64,000 bases of DNA, from IMG/VR virus record IMGVR_UViG_3300043811_000050, positions 9,134 through 73,133 of that record, one strand, 5' to 3'. This document shows, in pieces, positions 9,735 to 18,596 of the stretch. The translations under genes were made by a program, and so were the position numbers. A model generated the notes under the pieces. That model had not been told where the DNA came from. It saw only the letters and a program-made list of their open reading frames with translations, and searched no databases. This stretch comes from a virus. Each line of letters opens with the position of its first letter. The first letter of the stretch is position 1.

Positions 9735-9802
9735 CTATCTTTTGGACCATATGGCTGTTCATCCTGATCCCGGTATCCTTCCAGATGCTGAAGGCATAAC
9801 CA

Positions 9803-9994
9803 ATGTTCGAAATCATCTTCACCTGTATCGGCCTGTACTGTGGAGATGGAGTTTCATTTCCAAACCCTGTCGCGCATTTCTTGACGCTCAAAATGTGCGA
9901 CGACTTTGGGAGACTAATGGTCAGCGAGCACGTCCCGATCAAGGGGATGACAATCAAGTTCCAGTGCCTTCGTCTCGACGGAGAAGACCTGTGA
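9803..9994 (+). CDS. Small Cys-containing hypothetical protein
   Basis: 63-aa ORF, four Cys, fills gap. Confidence 0.45.
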   Translation: MFEIIFTCIGLYCGDGVSFPNPVAHFLTLKMCDDFGRLMVSEHVPIKGMTIKFQCLRLDGEDL

Positions 9995-10013
9995 CAAACG
10001 GAGAAATATCACC

Positions 10014-11147
10014 ATGGCAGTTAAGACAGTAACACATCCAGACGGCCGCACCGCCCGCTTCGGCCGCAAGCACAGGGTCGGCGGTCGCGTTACCCTGAAG
10101 CTGAAGAACTATATGATCCCAGGCGTGACGCCGCCGGCCTCAACCAATTATGCGGCAGCGGCGACGCCAGCGCTCGCGGAGATGTACGAAAACGACAGCC
10201 TTGGAGATTGCGTGATCGCCGGCATCCAGCACGTCGAGGGTGTGATGACCGGCAATGAGCCGGCTACCCCGCTGATCTACACCACGGCACAGACTACGGC
10301 ATTTTACAGCGGCGCATGCGGCTATGTTCCCGGCAATCCAAATACTGACGAGGGGTGCGATATTGAGACCACCATTGCTTGGTGGATGAAGAATGGAGCT
10401 CCCTCCGGCAGCGCGCATAAGCCCCTCGCGTACCTCGAAGTCGACCCTACTAATCAGGCCGAGGTGCAAACCGCAATATGGCTGTTTGAGAACCTGATCA
10501 TCGGTCTTGACCTGCCGGATGCATGGATCACACCGTTCCCGTCCGCGAGCGGATTCACTTGGGATGTGGCTGGCCCGCCTGATCCCGAGAACGGACACTG
10601 TCCGCCGGGCATCGACTACAACTCCAATGGCATTATCATTTCCACTTGGGCAATGACCGGGCTGATGACATACGCCGCTCTGGCGTTCTACTGTGCGGCG
10701 GCTCAAGAGGGGGAATGCTATGTCGTCTTCTCGCAGGATACGCTGAATGCGGCGACCGGCCTTGCGCCAACTGGGCTCAACTACGCTCAAATGATCGCGG
10801 ACTGGAACGCTATGGGGGGCAATCTAACCCCTCCCGTCACCCCGCCTCCGCCGTCCCCGCCTCCGCCGTCCCCGCCGCCTCCCCCCGGCACGGTACCCAG
10901 CCACGCCGCGCTCGATCAAGCATTGACGGCCCTTGGCCGCGTCATCAATGAAATCCAGAACCCCAACGTGCGCAGCGACGTGCAGAGAGAGTTCCGGGTA
11001 GTCAGCAGCCAGGCGGCAGCCTATGAGACTGCGGTTACGGCTGGCTGGGGGACGACAGCTCCGTCTCGGCCACCCCAGCAGGGCAATCCGCAGCCCCAGC
11101 CGCCTCGACGCCCCGGCCGCGACCCACTGATAGGTAGAACAAGCTAG
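10014..11147 (+). CDS. Papain-like cysteine peptidase with Pro-rich linker and C-terminal helical tail
   Basis: 'NDSLGDCVIAG' (catalytic Cys) and 'GHC....Y.......TW' (His); GGAG RBS. Confidence 0.7.
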   Translation: MAVKTVTHPDGRTARFGRKHRVGGRVTLKLKNYMIPGVTPPASTNYAAAATPALAEMYENDSLGDCVIAGIQHVEGVMTGNEPATPLIYTTAQTTAFYSGACGYVPGNPNTDEGCDIETTIAWWMKNGAPSGSAHKPLAYLEVDPTNQAEVQTAIWLFENLIIGLDLPDAWITPFPSASGFTWDVAGPPDPENGHCPPGIDYNSNGIIISTWAMTGLMTYAALAFYCAAAQEGECYVVFSQDTLNAATGLAPTGLNYAQMIADWNAMGGNLTPPVTPPPPSPPPPSPPPPPGTVPSHAALDQALTALGRVINEIQNPNVRSDVQREFRVVSSQAAAYETAVTAGWGTTAPSRPPQQGNPQPQPPRRPGRDPLIGRTS

Positions 11148-11149
11148 CT

Positions 11150-11563
11150 ATGAGAGCGCCCCCCATCTTCAAGCTACCGGCCTACGTCGTCTTCCGGGTT
11201 AACGGCGTAGGCATCTTCCTTCACCCAAACATGGAGAATCTCGTCATGCTAAATCTGACGGTGGGCCACACCGCAACTCTTGGCATCGAATATCTCGACC
11301 AGAACGGAAATCCAATGCTTACGGCTCCCGTACCGGATAGCCCGCCGACTTGGACAAACAACCCATCAGCCCCAGGTGTTGACACATTCACTCCGTCCCC
11401 GGACGGGACATCTGCGACTCTGGTTGCGGACGCGGCAGGCAGTGACTCGGTTAGCCTGAGTGTGATCGTTGGCAGCCAGACGTTTCCGGCATCGCTTGCG
11501 ATTACGATTAGTGCGGAGGCACAGGTCTTGACCTCCGTCGCGATCACGTCGACCGTGAGTTGA
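11150..11563 (+). CDS. Small Ig-like beta-sandwich protein (alternative start ATG 11246)
   Basis: 'L.VG....L.I...DQ.GNP.......P.W' Big-domain-like pattern; GGAG before 11246. Confidence 0.6.
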   Translation: MRAPPIFKLPAYVVFRVNGVGIFLHPNMENLVMLNLTVGHTATLGIEYLDQNGNPMLTAPVPDSPPTWTNNPSAPGVDTFTPSPDGTSATLVADAAGSDSVSLSVIVGSQTFPASLAITISAEAQVLTSVAITSTVS

Positions 11564-11570
11564 TCGACCT

Positions 11571-11762
11571 TTGAACGGCGGCACCAAATGGCCGCTCAAT
11601 CTCGACCGGGATCGGGGGATAAAAATCACCATCGATCTCGGTCGCGCGCCTGACGATCCGGGGCGACGGGCGGACATTTATCATGCCCTGCGCATCCTCG
11701 CGGACAATGATATGATCGAAGGGCTTGAATGTGACCGGGGAGGGCTGAAGATCGTGAAATAG
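11571..11762 (+). CDS. Small hypothetical protein
   Basis: ORF fills gap; TTG start. Confidence 0.4.
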   Translation: MNGGTKWPLNLDRDRGIKITIDLGRAPDDPGRRADIYHALRILADNDMIEGLECDRGGLKIVK

Positions 11763-11771
11763 GAGGCGAAA

Positions 11772-12023
11772 ATGGTCTGTGTACTAAATCCGGCATTCTG
11801 GGTCTACATCGTTGTTCTAATTGGCGGAATAATGCTGATTCGTCTGCTGGTTCCATGGTTTGTAAACTTCTTTGGATTTCCGGCCCCGATCCCGCAAGCG
11901 ATCATGATCATCCTCTGGATTGTCATTGCATGCGCCGGCATCTACTTCCTGTTTGAGCTCTTGAGTTGTGTGTTCAGTTCGGGAGGCGGCCTTAGCTTTC
12001 CGACATTTCCGCGCGGCAGATGA
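11772..12023 (+). CDS. Small two-TM membrane protein
   Basis: AGGAGG RBS; two long hydrophobic segments separated by 'FPAPIPQ'. Confidence 0.75.
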   Translation: MVCVLNPAFWVYIVVLIGGIMLIRLLVPWFVNFFGFPAPIPQAIMIILWIVIACAGIYFLFELLSCVFSSGGGLSFPTFPRGR

Positions 12024-12027
12024 TACG

Positions 12028-12522
12028 ATGCACCGCGACCACTCCGACCGGATGCGTGCCGCCGCCCGGATTGTAGTCCCTATCCTGATCGCTGCGGCGC
12101 TCTTCTTCGTGATCTGGTTGGTGACGCTATGATGCGAGCGCTCTGCGCCCTGACCCTCGGCATGGCGGGAGGCTATGCGGTCCACATGACGTTCGTCGTC
12201 ATGGGCTGGTCGCCGTGATCCCCGCCGTCCCCATGGCGGTCTACTTCAGCAAGTTCGGGGTGCTGATATACAATCCGGTGGCGTGGTACACAATCCCGCT
12301 CTGGTGGTACTTCCCATGATGGAATGGATGCTGATATCTGTGGTCGCGACGGCAACTGGGATTGCCCCGCTTCCAGGTTATCAGCCGCTTTACTTCCGCA
12401 CATACCTTGCCTGCAACGAGGTCGCGCTGGAATTCACCCCACCAGGGAAGCCGCGCATAGGGACGCGATTCGCGATATGCAGGAAACTGGGAGACGAGCC
12501 GGAGGACGGCAATGGCCGATAA
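12028..12522 (+). CDS. Chain of four coupled micro-ORFs (12028-12132, 12129-12218, 12215-12319, 12316-12522)
   Basis: Each joined by ATGA/GTGA overlap; hydrophobic products of 34, 29, 34 and 68 aa. Confidence 0.55.
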
Positions 12523-13165
12523 TACCGGCACCGGATCGGATCGCGCCGAAAGCCCACCTCGTGGTTATCAGGCGAGCGGGGGGCTAGTCCCCGTCCCCGA
12601 TCCCACCCTGCTCACAACTCAGAGCCTGCAGCGTGAAATAGCCGCGTTGAAGGAGCTGTTCACCACCGAGCTCAAGTCGATCGATCAGCGCATTTCAGAG
12701 GTGTCCGCCTACAGTCGAGCCCGGAACGAAGACATCAGGTCGGCCTCAACCACTCTGCAGGCGCTGCTGGAAGAGAAGATCGACAAGCTGTCGGCGGTCT
12801 GCATCGAGAAGTTCGCTGGCGTTGGTGCGCAATTCGCGGAACGCGACACCAGAACCGACCAGCGCGCAGGCGACACCAAGCTAGCGGTCGACGCGGCCTT
12901 TGCCGCGGCGAAGGAGGCAACGGCCAAGATCGAAGCCGGGTTCACCAAGCAGATCGACGGGATGACGCAGATCCTCGACTCGAAGACGGCTAACCTTGGC
13001 GGCAACATTGACGACCTAAAGCAGCGCATGACGGCGGTTGAGAGCCGATCTGGAACTCAAACGGAAGGTCGCAGGGATAATCGGGATAACGTAGGGCTGA
13101 TTGTGGCCATAATCGCAGCCGGATTGGCGGCGGGTTCTCTGTTTTTGCATTTTCCGGCACACTGA
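12512..13165 (+). CDS. Coiled-coil protein with C-terminal membrane anchor
   Basis: GGAGG RBS; heptad-rich helix, C-terminal 'VGLIVAIIAAGLAAGSLFL'. Confidence 0.75.
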   Translation: MADNTGTGSDRAESPPRGYQASGGLVPVPDPTLLTTQSLQREIAALKELFTTELKSIDQRISEVSAYSRARNEDIRSASTTLQALLEEKIDKLSAVCIEKFAGVGAQFAERDTRTDQRAGDTKLAVDAAFAAAKEATAKIEAGFTKQIDGMTQILDSKTANLGGNIDDLKQRMTAVESRSGTQTEGRRDNRDNVGLIVAIIAAGLAAGSLFLHFPAH

Positions 13166-13217
13166 ACAGCAGCGCCGCACGTCAAGCGGCTAGACTAGAA
13201 CGGACGAGAACTGTGAA

Positions 13218-13595
13218 GTGGAACGTACGCGGGGTGGACGGCGTGAGCCCGAGGAGGAGGCCGGGCGCAGCGTCGACCAGTCTCCGCTCGAGCTCCTAGC
13301 GGAAGTCGTCAAGGGGCTCGGGGCTAGGCTTGACGTCGTCCGGGGGCAGTCCGAAGAACTCCTGGAAGCGATACGGAGCCACGAAAGTCTACGCCCGGAC
13401 GAGGTGCTGGAACTTCGCAATTTCGTGAAGGAGACGCTCCCGCAGATACAGGAAATCCTGGAGAACAGGAGGAACCAGAAGTGGTTCTGGAAGCGTGTTG
13501 GGCTGATGTTTGTTGGCGGTCCCGCCCTGGTGACGATGGGCGCGGCGCTTTGGCAACTCGGCATCAAGCTGATCGAATGGATACGCAGCCAGTAA
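13218..13595 (+). CDS. Hypothetical membrane protein (C-terminal TM)
   Basis: Charged helix followed by one TM segment. Confidence 0.65.
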   Translation: MERTRGGRREPEEEAGRSVDQSPLELLAEVVKGLGARLDVVRGQSEELLEAIRSHESLRPDEVLELRNFVKETLPQIQEILENRRNQKWFWKRVGLMFVGGPALVTMGAALWQLGIKLIEWIRSQ

Positions 13596-14056
13596 GGCGG
13601 CTCTGCGGCTGGATCTGGAGGAACCCATCGACGGTCGGGTCGGTTCTGATCGGCGCGGTGCTCTTCTTCATACCCGCCTCCATGCTGTGGGACCGCTCGC
13701 CGGCCGGGGAAACGCATCTGTGGATCGATCCGCCCGTCGTGGCGCCGGGCCAGCACTTCCAGGCGGTGTGGACCTACCACGTGCTGCGGCCCAATTGCGT
13801 TGGGAGAGTCCACCCAGTGCTGGAGGACAGTGCCCATCAGGTGTTCGCCTTCGCCTCCGTCGACTCGGTGGTCCATGGCCCGGTCGGCACCACGGGGACC
13901 TATCATTCCAACTGGAGGGCACCCAACGGGATTGCCCCCGGACCCGTCACGATGCGGCGCTACACGGACCGCGGATGCAACCCCTTGCAGTTCTGGCTCT
14001 GGCCCATGAAGGAGGTCCATGAGGCGAAGTTTACCGTTGCCCTCGCCCCCAGATAA
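13577..14056 (+). CDS. N-terminally anchored protein with beta-rich periplasmic domain
   Basis: TM 'VGSVLIGAVLFFIPASMLW', then 'C.G', 'PG', 'CNPLQ..LWP' pattern; ends before terminator. Confidence 0.65.
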   Translation: MDTQPVRRLCGWIWRNPSTVGSVLIGAVLFFIPASMLWDRSPAGETHLWIDPPVVAPGQHFQAVWTYHVLRPNCVGRVHPVLEDSAHQVFAFASVDSVVHGPVGTTGTYHSNWRAPNGIAPGPVTMRRYTDRGCNPLQFWLWPMKEVHEAKFTVALAPR

Positions 14057-14107
14057 AGCGACAATGGGTTCGTGAGCGATCCCTCTCAGGATGCTCCTCC
14101 CAGACTT

Positions 14108-14137
14108 GACCCCGCGGCGCAAGCTGCGGGGTCTTTT
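14108..14137 (+). terminator. Rho-independent terminator ending the late operon
   Basis: GACCCCGCGGC-GCAA-GCTGCGGGGTC-TTTT at the convergence of + and - blocks. Confidence 0.85.
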
Positions 14138-14379
14138 CAATTTATTCTCCTGTCGCTCTTTTCGGTCGACGCTGCGCTAATATCCTTTTGCGTCTGGTGC
14201 ACCTGACCCAGCGCCGCGCCGAGCAGCCGGTGCAGCTCCTCGGCGGTCTCGTAGGTCAATGCCACGTCGGCGTGGACTTGCCAGCGCGTATTAGCCCCGA
14301 AGGCGCCCGTGCTGAACTGCAGCCGGACGAGCGGCAGCTTGGCCAGGATTGCAACTTGGATCTTGTCGATGACGTTCAT
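14137..14379 (-). CDS. Hypothetical protein
   Basis: 80-aa ORF from ATG 14379. Confidence 0.5.
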   Translation of the reverse strand: MNVIDKIQVAILAKLPLVRLQFSTGAFGANTRWQVHADVALTYETAEELHRLLGAALGQVHQTQKDISAASTEKSDRRIN

Positions 14380-14467
14380 TTCTTCGGATTCCACAGAACA
14401 ACCGCCAGGACCAGAATGCTCGGCGTCCACGACAGCATGATCCCAAGCAGTATCGCTTCAAGTGTGG

Positions 14468-15427
14468 TCAAGCTCTCCTCCCCACCACGTACCCTGACAC
14501 CACTGGTCCCTTGAATACCACCGGCTTGGGCCAGACCCCCGGCGACCAGTGAGTTGCCCCATCCATTATGGGGGCAAGGTACTTTGCCCCCCAGATGGAA
14601 GCCGGCGCACCCTGGGGCACCTCGCACTCGGCCTCCCCTGATATAACCGCTTTGCCAAATGTGCTCTCAATCCGATCCGCATAGACCAGGATGGTGTCCT
14701 CGGCCAGGGCTGCTATTTCAAGGAAGGCTGAGCGGAAATCTGGCTCTATCTTCTGTGTCGGTTGCTCGTCCAGCGCCGACCGCACCAGGGCTGCGGCCTT
14801 GGCAGGGAACTCCCCGACCACCAGCTGGCTGCGCATCCACGCACCGTTGCGCCAGCGGAAGGCCACATAGTGGTCGGTCCAGGCCCAGGCGTCCAGCCCT
14901 TCTTCCCGATCGATGATGAAATCCACGGCCCAGACGGGAAGCATGGCCTGGACGTCTCCTAGCTCCGGGCAGGGAGCACCCCCAAGCGCAATGTTATTGG
15001 TCGCGTAGCACCAGCCCTGCTGAAGTGCGATGCACATGGCCCATTGTTGTCCGGTATTGTCTGATATGAATGGCCGAAGTGCCTTCAGTATACCGGGCAA
15101 GCCGGCAGGCATGGGTAGCCACTCAACATCCACACCGGGAAAGTTCCAATCGGTCATCGGCAACGTCTGAATGGTTCCGCGAAATCGCCCGGATTTAATG
15201 GTGATCGACCCATCATTGACTGTAATCGACACTTCTCCGGGCATCCTTGCCAAAACCTTTTCGAACTCCATGCCGGGAACCAGGAATTGCTGTCCAGTCG
15301 GCCACGGATGACCGGCAGTCAAGTTTATATTGGTTGCTTTGATGATGCCGTTGTCAACGCAGTAAAAGTTCATGCCGAACGACTTGACGCTCATGGCGTC
15401 GTGAATCCATTTCAGGGCTTGTTTCAT
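14468..15427 (-). CDS. DNA polymerase beta sliding-clamp-like protein
   Basis: 319 aa; 'IKATN', 'FLVP', 'I.IKSGRFR..I.TL....FP', 'YATN' clamp repeat pattern. Confidence 0.75.
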   Translation of the reverse strand: MKQALKWIHDAMSVKSFGMNFYCVDNGIIKATNINLTAGHPWPTGQQFLVPGMEFEKVLARMPGEVSITVNDGSITIKSGRFRGTIQTLPMTDWNFPGVDVEWLPMPAGLPGILKALRPFISDNTGQQWAMCIALQQGWCYATNNIALGGAPCPELGDVQAMLPVWAVDFIIDREEGLDAWAWTDHYVAFRWRNGAWMRSQLVVGEFPAKAAALVRSALDEQPTQKIEPDFRSAFLEIAALAEDTILVYADRIESTFGKAVISGEAECEVPQGAPASIWGAKYLAPIMDGATHWSPGVWPKPVVFKGPVVSGYVVGRRA

Positions 15428-15441
15428 TTACGCCCACCTTT

Positions 15442-16116
15442 TCAAAATAGCCCCGGCTGCTTGATCGCATCCGAGATGCGCTTACATGCGATATCGAAGT
15501 ATTTAGGCTCTTTTTCAATGCCGATGAATTTCCTTCCCAGGCCAACGGCAGCGACTCCCGTCGTACCGGAGCCCATGAACGGGTCTATTATGCTGTGCAC
15601 ATCATCGGGAAGCTGCCCTATACACCATTCCATGACTTGAACCGGCTTTTGCGTCGGATGCTGGCGAGTAATGGAATCTCCTTGCCGCAGCATGCCGTTC
15701 CACATCCAGCGAAAAATGCGCACGGCTTTTGGAAGATTGGTCCAGGCAAGCTCACAATCGGCAAAGTTGCTTTCACCGTTTACCTTATCCCACACCAGCC
15801 AGCATGGCGTTGGTCCGAGTCCTTGAAAATAGTTGCCGCCGAAAATAATCTGCCATTTTGACGACGCGAGTAGCATTGCTACACATTCAGTGCTGATTGG
15901 TTCCTTGTCCCATGACACTTCGCCATAATCAATAGCAGCTGCATAACGCAGGTTATTGCCAGCACCTCTGGCGGCTCCATATCCGCCACGAGACGCAATC
16001 TTTTTATCGTTTTCATTAATCCCATATGGCGGATCGGTAACGCAGGCGTCAACGCGAGGAAGCGTTGGCAAAATAGCTCGACAGTCTCCAAGATAGAGGG
16101 AGACGTATTCAGACAA
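15442..16116 (-). CDS. DNA amino-methyltransferase (N6A/N4C, beta class); start uncertain (TTG 16116)
   Basis: 'LYLGDC', 'VTDPPYG', 'LVWDK', 'HPTQKP', 'DPFMGSGTTG', 'FIGIE'. Confidence 0.9.
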   Translation of the reverse strand: MSEYVSLYLGDCRAILPTLPRVDACVTDPPYGINENDKKIASRGGYGAARGAGNNLRYAAAIDYGEVSWDKEPISTECVAMLLASSKWQIIFGGNYFQGLGPTPCWLVWDKVNGESNFADCELAWTNLPKAVRIFRWMWNGMLRQGDSITRQHPTQKPVQVMEWCIGQLPDDVHSIIDPFMGSGTTGVAAVGLGRKFIGIEKEPKYFDIACKRISDAIKQPGLF

Positions 16117-16120
16117 TTGC

Positions 16121-16582
16121 TCACGCCGGACCCAGCAATTCCCCGATGACTGTGGCGAAGGGATATTGTTCAAAGATTTTCCCCGCCTTGCCGCCGCGCG
16201 CGGAGGGCGCGGAACTGTCGTGCGTGCGAATATGCACTGTCTGAATACGAAGCGACGGCGGCAAATATGCAATGCGACGACAATCGAGGGCGACGCATGC
16301 AAGCGCATCGAAATCGTGCGGTTGATAAACGCGCTGGCCGCCCTTCCCCGCGCGCCGGACGTGCCATAGATAGGCCGGAAAATGGCCCTTGCGTTGCGGA
16401 ATTGCCTTGGGGGCACGAGTGGCTTTGACCTGAATGCGAATTAGTCGCCCGCCCACATCGACGGCCACATCGTAAGGACAGTTTTGATCGGTTAGAAAGG
16501 CCCGATATCCCTGTAAAATAAGGTCCGCGCAGACAAGATGCTCGCCCGCCACCCCAGCCGCTAAATCGCTGATATTTTCCAT
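16121..16582 (-). CDS. PD-(D/E)XK endonuclease (I-Ssp6803I/PDDEXK_5-like)
   Basis: 'G..GE.LV.A.L...G', 'PYD......G....IQVK', 'Y....FD'. Confidence 0.8.
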   Translation of the reverse strand: MENISDLAAGVAGEHLVCADLILQGYRAFLTDQNCPYDVAVDVGGRLIRIQVKATRAPKAIPQRKGHFPAYLWHVRRAGKGGQRVYQPHDFDALACVALDCRRIAYLPPSLRIQTVHIRTHDSSAPSARGGKAGKIFEQYPFATVIGELLGPA

Positions 16583-16602
16583 GCGAAAATTTTAACACAA
16601 AA

Positions 16603-16715
16603 ACCGTATGGAGTCCAGTAACCACCGCGTCGACCTTCCCCAGCATCGGCAACACATCGCGACAATCCGCGTTGTACACCACGGCTCCTTCGGCGAGTTC
16701 CTTCTTAATAATCAC
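16603..16715 (-). pseudogene. Orphan 5' stub of a DNA methyltransferase
   Basis: Strong RBS + GTG 16715 gives MIIKKELAEGAVVYNADCRDVLPMLGKVDAVVT, then a damaged, frameshifted DPPYG (..ACT GGA CT CCA TAC GGT). Confidence 0.75.
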
Positions 16716-16993
16716 TTGGTCCCCTCCCGCCGATAGTACACGCGTCCACGGGACTCGCTGATGATCTTGTGGGTAGCGTGCAGGTTGGCCTGACATTTCG
16801 CCGTTGTGGCCATGGACTCCGGCCGGCGCTCGGGGAACTTCTTGGCCAGGATGCCGATCAGCTCCGAAATGCTGGCTCCGCTTTTGCGGGATATGGCCTC
16901 AATGATCGTCGTGCAGACGCCGCTGCGCTGGGTAAGCGGCGGTCGCGACTTGTCAGGCACGACTATAGATTTTGCTGACTTTGACATGGTCAA
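16712..16993 (-). CDS. Small basic winged-helix-like DNA-binding protein
   Basis: 'IIEAISRKSGASISEL' resembles DUF3489-type HTH; coupled to neighbours. Confidence 0.6.
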   Translation of the reverse strand: MTMSKSAKSIVVPDKSRPPLTQRSGVCTTIIEAISRKSGASISELIGILAKKFPERRPESMATTAKCQANLHATHKIISESRGRVYYRREGTK

Positions 16994-17919
16994 CGCTCCC
17001 CAAAATACTTCGTGACGCTGCCGGCTTCCTTTTCCTTACGGAGAGTCAGTCCGCACGCCTTGGCCATTGCCGGCATTGACACAGCAGTCCATCCAGTAGC
17101 TGCGAGAACATCGGCAGTGGTGCAGCCGCTCTTTCTCGTCAGCAATTCGGCAATGAGCTGAGTCTTGGCACCACAGGTGCCTGCGCCGTTGCCATTTCTG
17201 ACTTTGGCAGCCTTAGCCTTGGCGGTCTTAGCCTTAATAACCTTCGCTTTGGCCTTACTGGCCTTCTTTGATTTGCTCGCCACAATAGTCTCCTTTTCAT
17301 CGTTAGAAACTTCGTTGGGAATCTCGGGAGCATTGTCCAGCGCCGACTGCATCTGCACCGACGGTGGAGAAACACATATCAACTTGTCATTCACAAGGTG
17401 CCATTCTGCCAAGGCCGGCCGATCAGGCTGGTCCTCGGTGGTCACCCAGACAAAGGCCACCTTTTTGCCGCCGCGACCGGCAGCATATCCAACCTTGTCT
17501 GCGATCTCATTGACAGTGGCGCCCGGAGCCAGGGACGTCTTGCCCCGGGCGATTACCTTCATATCCTGATCGAGTGGAAGAATCAACAACTTGGCCATGA
17601 TGGCTACACTCCCGTGAAGAGGCTGGATCAGGCTTTCCCATCGACCGGTTCGCGGGTTCCAGCGTTGTCCGCGTCGATCTGTCTTAACAGATTTGATGCC
17701 GGTTTTAGGTCCAGCCGGCTTGACCTGAGATTTCTGCGCAGCACTAATTTTCATTTGTTTTTCAACGTTATGGTCGATGAAGATCGCTTGCTTAACCGGC
17801 CGATTGGCCCAGGCCTCGAAGCGATCGTCGGTGCCCATGAACAGAAAGTCCGGGGCGCCATCCTCGACCATCTGCATGATATGTCGGGGCAACTCATGGG
17901 GTCCGTCGGATGGGTTCAT
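16990..17919 (-). CDS. Hypothetical protein with Lys/Ala-rich segment and C-terminal DUF3489-like domain
   Basis: AGGAGG RBS; 'KTQLI..LL.R..G.T...V.AATGW..VS'; second AAGGAG + GTG at 17283. Confidence 0.7.
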   Translation of the reverse strand: MNPSDGPHELPRHIMQMVEDGAPDFLFMGTDDRFEAWANRPVKQAIFIDHNVEKQMKISAAQKSQVKPAGPKTGIKSVKTDRRGQRWNPRTGRWESLIQPLHGSVAIMAKLLILPLDQDMKVIARGKTSLAPGATVNEIADKVGYAAGRGGKKVAFVWVTTEDQPDRPALAEWHLVNDKLICVSPPSVQMQSALDNAPEIPNEVSNDEKETIVASKSKKASKAKAKVIKAKTAKAKAAKVRNGNGAGTCGAKTQLIAELLTRKSGCTTADVLAATGWTAVSMPAMAKACGLTLRKEKEAGSVTKYFGER

Positions 17920-17945
17920 TGGTAGTGCCTCCTGTGTGGATAATC

Positions 17946-17975
17946 AGCTTACGTTGGATTGATACAAAAATCAAG
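17946..17975 (-). promoter_or_regulatory. Sigma70-like promoter with degenerate palindromic operator
   Basis: Minus strand TTGATT-N17-TAAGCT; ATTGATA-N4-AATCAAG at 17958-17975. Confidence 0.55.
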
Positions 17976-18384
17976 GCTCTTGTTTCACCCCCAGCTTGAC
18001 GATCATTTTCTGCAAGTCCTTTCTTACCTGATCCTGGGATTTCCTATAGACATCAACCACAATGGAAGCCGCGGCGGTGAGATCGCCGCCCTGCAACCAG
18101 TCATTATCATCATGCTTGGCGAGCAATTCTAAGGCTTGCTTGTAGTTAATATATTTTGGATCACGTTTCTGTTTCCTCCTGTACTTGAGGTAAGCGGTCC
18201 AGACCAAGTGTGCCGGGACTGACACATACCTCATTCCGAGTTTCCTCAAGAGGTTTTCAAGTTCGACCAGTCGGGTCACCTCTTCGAGCTGAGCAGATGT
18301 GGCACACTTGAGTGCAGATGTTGCCTCAACGGCTTCCTGTCTTCTTGGCTGGTATCGTCTCACCCATTCATAGAACAAATCCAT
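17971..18384 (-). CDS. Hypothetical protein
   Basis: GGGAGG RBS, TGATG coupling. Confidence 0.6.
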   Translation of the reverse strand: MDLFYEWVRRYQPRRQEAVEATSALKCATSAQLEEVTRLVELENLLRKLGMRYVSVPAHLVWTAYLKYRRKQKRDPKYINYKQALELLAKHDDNDWLQGGDLTAAASIVVDVYRKSQDQVRKDLQKMIVKLGVKQEP

Positions 18385-18596
18385 CACCCCCTCCCGCACG
18401 CCTGCGCCACCAGCACCACGGCATGCATGCACAGCCAGGCCTCGTGTACATCCGCCGGCAGCCGGCGCATCTTGTTGGCAAGGGCCAGGGCGCGGACCCG
18501 CGGCACCAGCTCGTGGACCGGCAGCGAGCGCCAGCTCTTGACCAGCGCGCGGGCGCGGGCGTCGGGGTCGATATAAAGGATATTGCTGATGGTCAT
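18384..18596 (-). CDS. Hypothetical protein
   Basis: ATGA-coupled 70-aa ORF. Confidence 0.55.
   Translation of the reverse strand: MTISNILYIDPDARARALVKSWRSLPVHELVPRVRALALANKMRRLPADVHEAWLCMHAVVLVAQACGRG

Noticed and set aside
13190-14140. Long antisense ORFs (also 2811-3599, 36968-37753, 43467-44417, 56412-58318, 60560-61381)
   Set aside because: Opposite well-supported genes; expected from GC-rich codon bias.
15442-16416. 324-aa version of the methyltransferase
   Set aside because: First ~95 residues overlap the endonuclease gene and show no MTase features.
16121-16603. Group I intron in the methyltransferase
   Set aside because: Almost no non-coding sequence for a ribozyme core, the upstream stub is frameshifted and the downstream gene has its own N-terminus.
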